The position numbers and the translations under genes are program-made. This document shows positions 47,819-57,993 of a DNA stretch of 64,000 nt, piece after piece (the first letter of the stretch is position 1; each line of letters begins with the position of its first letter). The DNA lies in the IMG/VR virus record IMGVR_UViG_3300025162_000024, positions 32,001 through 96,000 of that record, one strand, 5' to 3'. This stretch comes from a virus. The notes below the pieces were generated by a model. That model did not search any database. It worked only from the letters and a program-made list of their open reading frames with translations, and was not told the origin of the DNA.

Positions 47819-48475
47819 TCACGCTGCAGTCTCCCGCCGCTTTCGCTCGTCTTGGACCATCTCGATGAGCCCGGCATAGCCCGCAACGTCCACGATCGAG
47901 TCTCGGTGCCCTGGACTCTGTACGAGCCGGGCAAGCTTTGTCCCGACCATGCACAAGATCGCTTGTTCAGGAGTAACCTGAGTTCCTAGGATCTCCGACC
48001 AGATCCGAGCTGTACGCCCCCAGTTGTCCAGCGGATGGCCGTACGCCGCCTGTCTGTTCTGGTTGATCAGCCGATGGGCTTCGACCAAGACCGGCTCCGA
48101 TGCGGGTTCTGCCACCTTGGCCACCTGTGGAGATGTGGGCTTGATCTGCACTACAGGCTCATCCTGGATATATGAGTCCTTGAGGATCTCCCGGATCTGC
48201 TCCATGAACCCGCTGTTCGCCGGATCAGTCAGAGGCACGGCCATCGCATGATCAAGCTTCTCCATGGTCTCAGCCAGGATCATTGCTGCAACGATCGCTT
48301 GGGGCTTGAATGAGTGTCCGACACCCTCGCTGAATCGTTTCCGGATAAAGTCACGCAGCTCGGAGAGTAACGCAGTATTCTCCGGCTTCCACTTAGTCAT
48401 GGATCCCGTCGCGTAGACCAGTGCGTTACACACCTGCCCTACATACGTCTCTACCGCTTTGAACTCTTCGCTCAT
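47819..48475 (-). CDS. DUF6378-like protein (possible nucleotide pyrophosphatase)
   Basis: RQAAYGHPLDNW..IWS...KLARL..HRDSIVDVAGY. Confidence 0.8.
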   Translation of the reverse strand: MSEEFKAVETYVGQVCNALVYATGSMTKWKPENTALLSELRDFIRKRFSEGVGHSFKPQAIVAAMILAETMEKLDHAMAVPLTDPANSGFMEQIREILKDSYIQDEPVVQIKPTSPQVAKVAEPASEPVLVEAHRLINQNRQAAYGHPLDNWGRTARIWSEILGTQVTPEQAILCMVGTKLARLVQSPGHRDSIVDVAGYAGLIEMVQDERKRRETAA

Positions 48476-48677
48476 CTTACGTATCTCCTTTTCTATCGTT
48501 CTCTCGAGAGCCGGGCCGGTGTAGCCATCCGCCCATCGAAAACTCGGTCACAACTGGCACAGAGGCTAATACCGGGCAACCTCGGCTCCTTGCGGCACTT
48601 AGTACACAACTTCCGATCAGCTGCTCTGACCACTGGCATTGGATACCGGTTCGGAAGTCGGTCTCCTTTGTACCCGG

Positions 48678-48977
48678 TCAACGAGTAGCCCGGCGGGAGC
48701 CTTTTCCTTGCCAACCTGAACCTCCTCCGTAGCCTCCAAGGTCTTTCTTCACCAGATTCCCAAACCCATGTTGGGCCAGGAACGCGTCAGCCTGCTTCTC
48801 CAGGTCCCCGCCGCCCTCCGCAGCCCGCCGCTTTAGCTCTGCGTCTGCCTCGTCCGCCAGATTAGCGAAGTCCCCGTCCTGGAGCTCCCCGACCATCCAC
48901 CGCAGATAGTCGTCGGGGAGCTCGCTGATCTTACTGCCCTGATAGTTTCCGAATGGAATACGCGTAGAAGAACTCAC
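48678..48977 (-). CDS. DUF3820-like protein
   Basis: IPFGNYQG.KISELPDDYLRW. Confidence 0.75.
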   Translation of the reverse strand: MSSSTRIPFGNYQGSKISELPDDYLRWMVGELQDGDFANLADEADAELKRRAAEGGGDLEKQADAFLAQHGFGNLVKKDLGGYGGGSGWQGKGSRRATR

Positions 48978-49492
48978 TAGTAGACCTCCGCCATCGCCTG
49001 CCAGTCCACCTTACCCGCCGACCGGAAGCTGCTCCCGACCTGAGCCCCAAGCTCGACCCGGGGGAAGCCCGGAATGCAGATCTCGCCGTCGGCCGCGAAG
49101 TAGAAGCCGTACACTTCCTCGAACTCGGCACAGGGCGTTCTCCGCACGGTCAGGATGCTCGTCGGACTCTCTGGCAGGGTCCATCCGGCTTCCCAGGTGC
49201 CTGCCGTCGGCAGCTGGAGGCTCTCTACACGCTTATCCAGGAGCGACCCAGTGAACCGGCGGAGCCACCCAGGCAACCGGCTTGGATCTGTGTTCTTCAC
49301 CCGCTGGAGACCTCGTACTACGATCAGCGATCGGCTCACGGCGTCCATCCGGGCGAGCATCTCACCGTTCGTCGCCAGGATGGTGAACGGCGTGTCATGA
49401 TCCATGTAGATCTGGTGATAGTCCTCGATCGGCGAAACACGCCCCGAAGGGACGATGAAGCAGCACTTGGTCACGAGAAATCCTTTCCCCAC
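48977..49492 (-). CDS. Hypothetical protein
   Basis: 171-aa ORF; start uncertain. Confidence 0.6.
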   Translation of the reverse strand: MGKGFLVTKCCFIVPSGRVSPIEDYHQIYMDHDTPFTILATNGEMLARMDAVSRSLIVVRGLQRVKNTDPSRLPGWLRRFTGSLLDKRVESLQLPTAGTWEAGWTLPESPTSILTVRRTPCAEFEEVYGFYFAADGEICIPGFPRVELGAQVGSSFRSAGKVDWQAMAEVY

Positions 49493-49503
49493 GCCGGGGA
49501 AGT

Positions 49504-49632
49504 TCAGGTTTGCTTGCGTACGGAGAGTGCAACAAGCACTACTCCTAGAGCTCCGAAGAGCAACGGGCTAGTCAGCAAAAGCAGCAGTAAAATAAGCATG
49601 CCGCTCAGCTTCAGACCTAAGTTAGTATTCAT
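49504..49632 (-). CDS. Hydrophobic micropeptide (42 aa)
   Basis: Hand translation MNTNLGLKLSGMLILLLLLLTSPLLFGALGVVLVALSVRKQT. Confidence 0.5.
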   Translation of the reverse strand: MNTNLGLKLSGMLILLLLLLTSPLLFGALGVVLVALSVRKQT

Positions 49633-49995
49633 CTTAATATTTCAGCGCGCTAAAATATCTCCAGAAAATTCACCTCAATTTAGCCGTGTATTCTGAGCCT
49701 GTTTTCACTTAAGTGCAGTTTGTACCTACACTTATGAATCTCACGCTCAGACACATTCTCCTGATGTTGGTTTCCAGAAGCCACAAAAGGTCGTTTGCAG
49801 AGGTTTGACAGGCTATAGATCAGGCCTGTTCGGCCCTAAACTAGCCTGTGGACCCCCCTGTTAGGCCACTTAGGAGCAGCCTAAATCAACTCGTGTAAAC
49901 TTCTCAGCTCTGTAAACCACCTCAATCAGGTAAATGTTACCCAGCTAGATCGCAGATCTCCTCGGTTTGCGCCGACGGGTTTACAACCAATAGAC

Positions 49996-50029
49996 AGAGG
50001 AGACCGGTCGTCCGTGACCGACCTCCTCT
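49996..50029 (-). terminator. Hairpin downstream of the 50044 gene (possible terminator)
   Basis: agaggag..ggtc-loop-gacc..ctcctct; weak T-tract. Confidence 0.45.
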
Positions 50030-50043
50030 CGTAGGCCGGTGGA

Positions 50044-50658
50044 TTACGCCAGGAGCTTGCGGATGGAAGCGGGAAGGATGGTCATTGCGTCGAGCGACCC
50101 GAGCATCTTCTGGCCTTCGTCGCTACTCCCGAGTGATGCACGGGTCAATTTGGCCTGGGCAACACGGGCCGCAGTCGGCAGCTTGTTGATCGCCTCGTTC
50201 AGCTCACAACGAAGGCCGTGGAGCTCCTCGAAGTTCTTGGCCGCTCTGTCCAGCTCCTCCGCCTTCTTCTGGTAGGCAGGGGACGTCTTGGACTTGATAT
50301 CGAACGAGAATCTTACCTGGGCACTTCCCGTGATCTGCCCGTCGGAGACCCGTTCTTCAACGGTCAGGCTGTACTCGATCTTGAGCCGTTTCAGGAGCTC
50401 TTCGATCTCGGCCAGGCCCTTGATCGAGGCCCTAGCCTCTTCCGTGCCCAACTTCTCCAGGTCCTCGCGGATCCGGGTCATGCCGGCCTGGACATCTTTG
50501 ATCTGCCCGTTGGTCTCGAGTACCTTCTCTTGCAGCAGCTGCTCGTTCTCCGCGACGAGCATGTTGATAACGTCTGCAGATCCCAGATTGATCTTCAGGG
50601 CGATCTCGGGCTTACTCGAATCAACCGCAGTCGCCTGTACCTGTTGCACCTTCGCCAT
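50044..50658 (-). CDS. Coiled-coil hypothetical protein
   Basis: AAGGAG SD before MAKV; heptad-rich. Confidence 0.75.
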   Translation of the reverse strand: MAKVQQVQATAVDSSKPEIALKINLGSADVINMLVAENEQLLQEKVLETNGQIKDVQAGMTRIREDLEKLGTEEARASIKGLAEIEELLKRLKIEYSLTVEERVSDGQITGSAQVRFSFDIKSKTSPAYQKKAEELDRAAKNFEELHGLRCELNEAINKLPTAARVAQAKLTRASLGSSDEGQKMLGSLDAMTILPASIRKLLA

Positions 50659-51229
50659 CAGAATTCTCCTTTGACACGCCCGCCGTATCCTCTTCTTGGA
50701 GGAAGGCTGGCAACTCCAGACCACTACCCACTAACCGGACACGCACCAATCCGCAGCCCGGAACCTCTTGGATATCCGAGCACACCACGATCAGCCCGCC
50801 ATCCGCCAGGCGGTAGAAATCAGCCGAGAGCCGTACCCTGCCCTTTCCCCGTTTCTCGGCCTCGAGCCATAGCCAATACCTGAACTCATCACTCTTCAGG
50901 ACGACCCACGCACTATCCCCACGGGCCGCGGCCAGCCTGATCCTGCGTATATCCCCTCTCTGGGGCTCTCCTACGAGTGGCGGGCTCTCCCCGTACGCTG
51001 GCTGGACCGGGAACAGCTGATCATCGAAATCCTGTACTTCTAGCAGCTCTGCCCACAGCTTGGGCACGCTCAGGGTAGCTGCCTTCTCCACTGCCAGCCT
51101 CCGGTCTGCCGGGGTCAGATCCCGGATCACCTGTATATCTTTAGGAGATAGGTACTCACGACCCAGATAGAGAGACACCCTAAGCAATCGGACGGCCGCA
51201 TCTACGTCTGCCAATAACCACCCCGCCAA
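50621..51229 (-). CDS. Hypothetical protein
   Basis: 202-aa ORF. Confidence 0.55.
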   Translation of the reverse strand: MAGWLLADVDAAVRLLRVSLYLGREYLSPKDIQVIRDLTPADRRLAVEKAATLSVPKLWAELLEVQDFDDQLFPVQPAYGESPPLVGEPQRGDIRRIRLAAARGDSAWVVLKSDEFRYWLWLEAEKRGKGRVRLSADFYRLADGGLIVVCSDIQEVPGCGLVRVRLVGSGLELPAFLQEEDTAGVSKENSDGEGATGTGDCG

Positions 51230-51658
51230 CTTCTTGCATACCCTTGACTACCCTGACCGGCACGATCGTGGACCACAAAGCACTCTCGATCCCGCACCCA
51301 TACCGCCTGATTAGTGTCGAGAGTTACCTGCACTCTCTCCTTACACACACTCTGGACTGTTCCGAACCTTCGACAATGGCCATCGAACGGTATGTTGACC
51401 CTCAGCCCGTTAAACAGCCGCTCTCCACAGCATGACACGGCTTCATACACCGGTCATCTCCTTTCAACCTGCAGCCAGCCTGAGCTGACCTGGTACTACT
51501 TCAGATCGTTCTGCTCTGCTCGCCTTGCCCAAGGCCTCCTTGGCCTTACCCGCAGCTTCCACCAGCTGCTTACGACCGGCAGGGGACCATGGGCGTACCT
51601 TGAGCTCGTCCAGGGCCTCTCCGAGGTTCTGGATTACTTCTTCATAATTTGTCATAGG

Positions 51659-52114
51659 TTATGGAAGAGAAAGGACTGTGATCGGGGCCAACCCGAGCTT
51701 CTGCTGCTCTTTGATCAGCTTCCTAATCTCTTTCTCTTCCTTGATCACTATCGCATAGATCTCGAGGAGCTTGGAGTACCCGGCTAGGTCCCCAGCCCTC
51801 AGCGGCTGGCTGGGAAAGTCCGGATCTCCGACCATCTTTGCCAAAGTCACGAGCTCACCTACACTTCCAGACCAGTCGAAGCTCGGACCGACCCCTGTCG
51901 AGAGCAGGGTGCTCATGGGGAGCGCAGGGTCATATATGAACTGGATCAGACCAGCGCGTTCCCCGAAAATAACCAGGGCCCAGCTCTGCCCTTCTTCGCC
52001 AGTATCTATGGCCGTAGCATAGACGAAAAACTCAACCTGCCGGTGGGAGAGTGGGATGTCCTGGCCCGGAACCGGCTCTTTCATCTTCACAGGACTAAAT
52101 CCTGTTTGTTCCAA
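51659..52114 (-). CDS. Hypothetical protein
   Basis: 151-aa ORF. Confidence 0.6.
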   Translation of the reverse strand: MEQTGFSPVKMKEPVPGQDIPLSHRQVEFFVYATAIDTGEEGQSWALVIFGERAGLIQFIYDPALPMSTLLSTGVGPSFDWSGSVGELVTLAKMVGDPDFPSQPLRAGDLAGYSKLLEIYAIVIKEEKEIRKLIKEQQKLGLAPITVLSLP

Positions 52115-52782
52115 AGTTTACCCATCCTTTCTGAGGGTAGACCGACCAGAGCACAAAAGATGCGTGCCGTGGCCCGGACGTCGGCCAATGCGTCATGTGC
52201 ACCGACAAACGCACACTTACAGAGCTTCTGGTGGGCTTCCTGGGCCTTTGGCCATTTGTAACCATTGCGGGTCCCTGGGATCTTGCAGATGTCCGTGGAC
52301 TGGCGCATGGTGCAGATCACGGGTTTGGCCAGCTCTAGGGACATGTCGATCCCGGCCCTGTGGGCAGCCGATCGCATGATCTTCAGATCGAACTCTAGGT
52401 TATGCCCCACCTGGATATCCGAGACGGCCAACAGATCCTTCAGCAGTCTGACCGCGGACGCCCTGGGCACCCCCATCTTCCGAGTCTTATCCCGGGAGAT
52501 TCCGTGCACCTCAAATGCCCCTTGATCGACAGGGATCTCCCCATGGACCAACAGGCTCAACTGGGAAATGATCTCTACATCCCCCGTCTCTGAGGCCTCC
52601 GGTACGCTCAAGAGCATTGCAGCCAGCTGGACGATGTCCGGCTGGCTCGGATCCTCTGGCGGCAGATTCTTGGTGAATCCGGTAGTCTCGGTATCCCAAA
52701 CGGTGTACAGCATACGATCACCTCGGCTAGTTGCGGGCTCCGGACTCCCGGGACCCGCGTCAAACTCGGTTATTACGCTCAT
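52087..52782 (-). CDS. DEDDh 3'-5' exonuclease (DnaQ-like)
   Basis: WDTETTG, GHNLEFD and AHDALAD; true start may be MLYTV. Confidence 0.9.
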   Translation of the reverse strand: MSVITEFDAGPGSPEPATSRGDRMLYTVWDTETTGFTKNLPPEDPSQPDIVQLAAMLLSVPEASETGDVEIISQLSLLVHGEIPVDQGAFEVHGISRDKTRKMGVPRASAVRLLKDLLAVSDIQVGHNLEFDLKIMRSAAHRAGIDMSLELAKPVICTMRQSTDICKIPGTRNGYKWPKAQEAHQKLCKCAFVGAHDALADVRATARIFCALVGLPSERMGKLWNKQDLVL

Positions 52783-53042
52783 TTGAAACCTAGATCATTT
52801 AGTTTGCTTCGGAATTCAGTGGCCACCACATTCAGTGCCTTCCGATGCTCGTCTTTCAATGCCTGCAGATCAGCGAGTATCTTGCGGCCAGCCTTGCCCT
52901 CTACGAGTCTGGATGGCTTAAACAGGTATCCCGGACCGTACCCCTTGATCTCAACGCTTTCCCCGCTCATCTTCACGACCCGCCCGCCAAGATAGTACGG
53001 GAACAGATCGTAGGGCCAGAACGCGTACAGCTCATCTTGCAT
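52779..53042 (-). CDS. Hypothetical protein
   Basis: LYAFWPYDLFPYYLGG. Confidence 0.65.
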   Translation of the reverse strand: MQDELYAFWPYDLFPYYLGGRVVKMSGESVEIKGYGPGYLFKPSRLVEGKAGRKILADLQALKDEHRKALNVVATEFRSKLNDLGFK

Positions 53043-53466
53043 TGATCTCCCTCACCTGTTTAGCAGTAAGGACCCTCATAAACTTGATCGATCCAGCAAT
53101 CAGCCATTCTCCACCCTGGTTCTTAGGACGAGGAAAGCGGTAGAAGCCCCCTGTTGGCATATTCCCCATCAGATCACCGGAAGGCGTCATGTCCGCCAGC
53201 CACTGCCAGTCAGATCCGGGGATCCTCGCTTCGACCCACACCCGGTCCTCGGCAAGCGTCCCATCCCGCTTCAGCAGATGAGGAGCCCAGGGCTTTATAC
53301 TCACGTGCCAACCCGGCCTGACCGCGTACCCCGTGGTCTTCAGGCACTCTGCAGGCATCCACCTTCCGAACAGTACAGGTTGGCTCTTTCCAATGAACAG
53401 CGGAAAGAGCTGTCCCGGCCTGCTCTTAAGCCTCCTCAGTAACTTGTAACACTTTAACGTCTTCAA
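53032..53466 (-). CDS. Hypothetical protein
   Basis: LFPLFI..GYAVRPGWH..PHL..RVWVE. Confidence 0.65.
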   Translation of the reverse strand: MKTLKCYKLLRRLKSRPGQLFPLFIGKSQPVLFGRWMPAECLKTTGYAVRPGWHVSIKPWAPHLLKRDGTLAEDRVWVEARIPGSDWQWLADMTPSGDLMGNMPTGGFYRFPRPKNQGGEWLIAGSIKFMRVLTAKQVREINAR

Positions 53467-54238
53467 CCGACTTCTTCCTTTTGCTAAGTCCTTCTATCGC
53501 CGGGATCAGCCTGTCCAGGGCGTCTCTAGCCTTACCCAAGTCTGCAGTAAACCCGTGAGGGACTCCGGCCATCACCTGGGCCAAAGCCTCCTGCCTATTG
53601 TGAGTCCACCGGCCAAGGTTCTCAACGTCAACCCCGAGCCCGACCAAATCCGCTCTGAAATCCTGGAGGGCATGTACACTCTGTCGGATATGGTTGTTCT
53701 CATCCTGCAGGGCTGTCATCTTCTCTCGGATCTTACCTTTGATCTGGTATGAAATGTCAGAAGCGGCCCGCTTACTCTCAAGGCGAGCCCGCCACAACCC
53801 CAACCGGTACTCCCTGTTATCTGAGTCTGGCGGACCCAGCCGGCACATCAGTATGTACCTGTACAGGTCCTCAGGGACCTGTACCTGCCTGCTCGGAGCC
53901 TTTTTCTTCGTGGTCAGCCCGCGGCCCGTCTTCTGCACCCAGAGAAGGCCGGCTTCGGCCGGCAACTCTTCAGGCTTGATCAGACCGCTGGGGCAGACGA
54001 AGTAGAAGTCAGTACAGAGCGGCAGATAGTTCCTCCACTTAGTGTCACGCAGAAAATCTCCGCGATCGACCTTGACCTCGTAGCCGTAGCTGATCGGGTT
54101 GGACCAGCTCTTGAGCATGGCCCAGGCGTCCAGACGCAGGTGATTGCCGTAGACGGTCGGACCATCTTTGCACTCTTGTACAAAGACGTCCGCAGCATGC
54201 TTCGCAGCCAGTAGTTTTACGATCTGATCAGCGGTCAA
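53426..54238 (-). CDS. MmcB-like PD-(D/E)XK nuclease
   Basis: LDAW..YEVKVDRGDFLRDTKWRNYLPLC..FYFVCP..ELPAEAGL. Confidence 0.8.
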   Translation of the reverse strand: MTADQIVKLLAAKHAADVFVQECKDGPTVYGNHLRLDAWAMLKSWSNPISYGYEVKVDRGDFLRDTKWRNYLPLCTDFYFVCPSGLIKPEELPAEAGLLWVQKTGRGLTTKKKAPSRQVQVPEDLYRYILMCRLGPPDSDNREYRLGLWRARLESKRAASDISYQIKGKIREKMTALQDENNHIRQSVHALQDFRADLVGLGVDVENLGRWTHNRQEALAQVMAGVPHGFTADLGKARDALDRLIPAIEGLSKRKKSVEDVKVLQVTEEA

Positions 54239-54640
54239 TCACACCCAATTTAAATCAATACACAACTTCAGCAACTTGATCGAACGGCAGAGAATGGTTC
54301 CATCCGGAAGACTGTCCATTTTAGTTCTTTGAAAGCCGCCCTCAATTCGCTGCCAAGCGTGCTTGCTTCTGGAGAGTACCGCCTCACACCGATACACCCG
54401 CCACCCGTAGTCTCCGAACAACTTTCGTGCGAAGTAACGAGCCTGCCACTCGTAGTCAAATGCACAGAGCGGCCCGCAGTCAGCAGCAGGCTTTACCGTT
54501 CGTCCGATCTTATATTTCACCGGCTTCAACACTCGAAGATTAGATCGAACCATCCATGACTTGTTGCCGGCGACCGCCGACAGCAGGCTAAACCGGACCA
54601 CCTTGTACACCTGAATCGTCTTCTGTCTTCTCTTGACCAT
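54239..54640 (-). CDS. Hypothetical protein
   Basis: 133 aa; AAGGAG SD. Confidence 0.6.
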   Translation of the reverse strand: MVKRRQKTIQVYKVVRFSLLSAVAGNKSWMVRSNLRVLKPVKYKIGRTVKPAADCGPLCAFDYEWQARYFARKLFGDYGWRVYRCEAVLSRSKHAWQRIEGGFQRTKMDSLPDGTILCRSIKLLKLCIDLNWV

Positions 54641-55574
54641 TGCTCACTCCTTGTTCATCCACAGGCGGATCCACCTGTCCATCGATCTTCACCTCTCCCT
54701 TGCCCATCCAACTGCACCAGACCCGTTCAGCCCTACGCGGTAGCTTCGTATGCCCCTGACTACTCCGATTAGGAACGTCCAGGGCCAGCCAACCCCAGGG
54801 GAGGGCTTCTTCATACAGCTGGCTGGGAGCCCCCATGATCATCACCAAGTGGCCCTCTGCGGCCCTCGCTTGGGCCAGCCCCAACATCTCCCGATGACGA
54901 TCGTCGGACATCTCTCGCTGGCCAAAGATCCTCGTACTGGTCCTACACGACTTCACATACGGAGGATCCAGCAGGTAGAGGAACGGGCCTGGGAACATCG
55001 TGAGCCTGATGCTCATCACTCTGCTGAAGTCCTGGCAGGTCACATTGGCCCCTTTGAGGACAGCGGCATACTCATCCAGATCTCGTAGAAACGTGTTCCA
55101 CGCATGGAGACTCTCGGGCTCTCCACCCCGCAATCGCTTAGCCTCACAGAATCCTCCCATCAGCCCGCCACGGCTAAACCGGCGGACGACTGTTGAGACG
55201 ATCGCCGTGTGCAACACATCTGCGGTCTCCCCCGCATCTCTCATTCGCCGATATTCCGTGCGATATGTCAGAAAGGTGGGTTTGTCGTAGGTCAGAGGGA
55301 GGAGGGCCGCTTTGTACTTGGCGTATAGCAGGGGCTCTGCCAGGCACTGAAAGATCGAGGCCAGGAACGGATCCACATCGTTCACCACGCGACGAACGCC
55401 GGGAGGAGCGTTAAACACGATACTCCCCCCGCCACAGAACGGATCGACCAGCGTCGAATAGGGGTGGCCCCTGGCCAGGTCCAGGATCCTCCGGCAGGTG
55501 TAGAACCGACCCCCATGGGTCTTGACCACCGGCCGATATTTTGCTCGCGTAAAGGTCAATATCTTCTTCGGCAT
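54588..55574 (-). CDS. DNA adenine methyltransferase (Dam-like)
   Basis: HGGR, DPFCGGGS, NDVD and catalytic DPPY. Confidence 0.85.
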   Translation of the reverse strand: MPKKILTFTRAKYRPVVKTHGGRFYTCRRILDLARGHPYSTLVDPFCGGGSIVFNAPPGVRRVVNDVDPFLASIFQCLAEPLLYAKYKAALLPLTYDKPTFLTYRTEYRRMRDAGETADVLHTAIVSTVVRRFSRGGLMGGFCEAKRLRGGEPESLHAWNTFLRDLDEYAAVLKGANVTCQDFSRVMSIRLTMFPGPFLYLLDPPYVKSCRTSTRIFGQREMSDDRHREMLGLAQARAAEGHLVMIMGAPSQLYEEALPWGWLALDVPNRSSQGHTKLPRRAERVWCSWMGKGEVKIDGQVDPPVDEQGVSNGQEKTEDDSGVQGGPV

Positions 55575-55580
55575 AGCGAT

Positions 55581-56099
55581 CTACCCTCCTTTCTCAGAGT
55601 CGGTTTCCCATCCGGGGATGACCGCCCGCATCTTCGGCCCGTTCTCCCTGAACCACTTCGAGTCAATCACCCGCAGTCGGACCAGTGGGTGATATTTTGC
55701 CATCCGCTTGAGCTTGGTCTTGCTCTTAGGGTCGAGCCAACCTTTTACTTCGTGATAGATTATTGCTCCATCTCGCTCTGTGACCCGGAAGTCTGGAAGG
55801 TAGGACCGGACCCCTCTGCGGATCTTCTCGAACCAGAAGGTCTCCGGTTCGTGAGCCCAGCCTACGATCTGGCCCTGGTCGACCAGGAACTGGAGGTAGC
55901 AAGCATAGTTGTACTCCCAGCGGCTGCGAAAGAAGATCTTCTTCCCGGCAATCTCCCGCCAACCCGCTTTACTCGTGTGCGTCCCGCCCTTGGTTTGTCT
56001 GAAGTTCATAGCGGCCCATAATTGTACTGGGGTGATCTGGTCTCCTTTCTCCAGCCTAGGAAAACTGGGATATACGCCAAAACAAGAGCGGCGCGACAC
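55581..56099 (-). CDS. PD-(D/E)XK endonuclease (DUF1064/TnsA-N-like)
   Basis: FRSRWE...HEP..F...YLPDF...HEVKG. Confidence 0.8.
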   Translation of the reverse strand: MSRRSCFGVYPSFPRLEKGDQITPVQLWAAMNFRQTKGGTHTSKAGWREIAGKKIFFRSRWEYNYACYLQFLVDQGQIVGWAHEPETFWFEKIRRGVRSYLPDFRVTERDGAIIYHEVKGWLDPKSKTKLKRMAKYHPLVRLRVIDSKWFRENGPKMRAVIPGWETDSEKGG

Positions 56100-56130
56100 A
56101 GTATGTCGCGCCGCTCTACACGTCAGCCGG

Positions 56131-57432
56131 TTACTTCTTCAAGCTCGCTTCGAGCTTCCAGAGGTCAAGAAGCTTATGAGCGTCCTCGGCCGAGATCAGC
56201 TTGCAGCACCGCTGGCAGTTCCTGGTCAGGTAGGACTCCTCGACAGCGTTACTTGTGCCACTCAGGCACCACTTCGCATAGAACATATTGCCAGGATACT
56301 TCCGCAGCTCTGTCGACCCGTGATAGTACCAGCGCTCCTCTGGCTTCTTCCAGCTCTCGATAAGCCTACGAGCCTCTTCGGCCGTCACCCGCTTGCAGCA
56401 GGTGAGAGCGGTTACCGCTTTCTCCTCTGCGAACGCGTCGAACCCGCCCGTGCAGTTCTTGGAATAGAACTTCTTGGACGGGAACAGCCAAAGGCAGTTG
56501 TCTGTGGAGCACAGATACCAGCGTTCCTCGGGCTCCGCCTTCTTCGGCTGCCAGCTCTCGAGGAGCTTATGTGCCTCGTCAACCGAGATTCGATCGTTGG
56601 GATATAGCGAGTCCTCGGTCTCGATGGCGTAGACCGGCTCTCCCTTGGGGATACAGCAGCTGTAGAATATGCCAGCCGGGTACACCCGTAGACATCCGCA
56701 GGACTTGTACCAGCGTTCGGTGGGCTCCGCTTTCTTCACCTTCTCAGCCTGTGCTCTAGCCCACCCGGCGATCATCTCGCGGGCCTTGGCCGGAGATACA
56801 CGCTGGTTCTTCCACGTGGTGATAAGCGACCGCTCATCCGAACTGTTAGAATAGCCCTCGGGGGTAGCTGCATCGTATGTCTTCTGCTCTGGGAACGACC
56901 GCAGACTGAGCTTTCCCGACCACTCTGAGGTGTCCAGAAGCCACCGCTCTGGCTGGGACGCCCACCAGCCTTCGATCTTCTCAAGAGCCTCTTTCTCGGA
57001 GATGCTCTCGTAGTTCAGAGTGATCAGACCTTCCTCAGTGGACGCGGCGTATAACCCGGCTGGCGTGCCCTTCGTGTGACAGATCTTTGAAGGGTAGGTC
57101 CAGAGAGCCCCGTTCCCAGTGTACCACCGGGAAACCCCCTGGAGGGTCCATGCGGCGATGATCCTGGTGGCCTGTTCGGACGTAACCTCTTTATGGCTTG
57201 ATTGCACCTGTTGCTCGGTGTTAGTCTCTGGATGTGCGCTGGGAGCGGTCCGCGTATACTTCATGGCCTTCGGATAAACCCAGAGGATCCCGTCGCTTGT
57301 GTCCAGATACCAACGGGGCTCTTCTCGGGCCTCTTTGGCCTTTTTACAGCCATCGATGATCTTCTGGGCCTCGGCCGACGAGTCCTGATACCGATGAACG
57401 TTATCCACGTATTTGTAAGCTTCCTGAACCAT
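56131..57432 (-). CDS. RWY-repeat family protein (6 units)
   Basis: Six RW(Y/L)..L..(Y/F)P..(I/V)(S/T).E.A...W units. Confidence 0.85.
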   Translation of the reverse strand: MVQEAYKYVDNVHRYQDSSAEAQKIIDGCKKAKEAREEPRWYLDTSDGILWVYPKAMKYTRTAPSAHPETNTEQQVQSSHKEVTSEQATRIIAAWTLQGVSRWYTGNGALWTYPSKICHTKGTPAGLYAASTEEGLITLNYESISEKEALEKIEGWWASQPERWLLDTSEWSGKLSLRSFPEQKTYDAATPEGYSNSSDERSLITTWKNQRVSPAKAREMIAGWARAQAEKVKKAEPTERWYKSCGCLRVYPAGIFYSCCIPKGEPVYAIETEDSLYPNDRISVDEAHKLLESWQPKKAEPEERWYLCSTDNCLWLFPSKKFYSKNCTGGFDAFAEEKAVTALTCCKRVTAEEARRLIESWKKPEERWYYHGSTELRKYPGNMFYAKWCLSGTSNAVEESYLTRNCQRCCKLISAEDAHKLLDLWKLEASLKK

Positions 57433-57433
57433 G

Positions 57434-57961
57434 CTAAGCTCCTTTCACACGAACAATCCAATTGCCGGCCGACACGACTTCTGGAACACCCAGAACCTCT
57501 TGTACGGCTTTCATCACTCCGGGCCAGCCCTCTACGTAATCGTGGCCCCCGATATACCCACCTGCCTTCACCTTGGGCAGCCAAAGCCCCGAATCCTGCT
57601 TGACCGCCTCGTAGGTGTGTGTCGCATCGATGTAAACAAAATCCTGGCTTCCGTCCAGGATCTTATGAGATGCCTCGAGGCTCGACATCTTCATCTTGAA
57701 CACATTCTCCAACGGCTTCGTCCGCCGGTCGAAGATTGCCTCAATCTCGGCCATGGGGCAGCAGGAGGACGCCGGGTCCCCCGCATCATACCCAAGCTCC
57801 CAGCTGTCCACGGCACACACCGAGAGCATGTACTTGGCGAAAATACAGGTACTCCAGCCAGCATACGAGCCGACCTCGACCATCCGCCCACCCCGGACCA
57901 GATCGAGAAGTGGTTTTAAGCCATCTTCTCTCCCCGAGTCATCCATCCACGCAGTATCCAT
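57434..57961 (-). CDS. Class I SAM-dependent methyltransferase (Methyltransf_24-like)
   Basis: VEVGSYAG, VDSW, FVYIDATHTYE and GGHDY. Confidence 0.85.
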   Translation of the reverse strand: MDTAWMDDSGREDGLKPLLDLVRGGRMVEVGSYAGWSTCIFAKYMLSVCAVDSWELGYDAGDPASSCCPMAEIEAIFDRRTKPLENVFKMKMSSLEASHKILDGSQDFVYIDATHTYEAVKQDSGLWLPKVKAGGYIGGHDYVEGWPGVMKAVQEVLGVPEVVSAGNWIVRVKGA

Positions 57962-57993
57962 TCACTGTCCTTTCAAATTGTTTCGTGATTATA

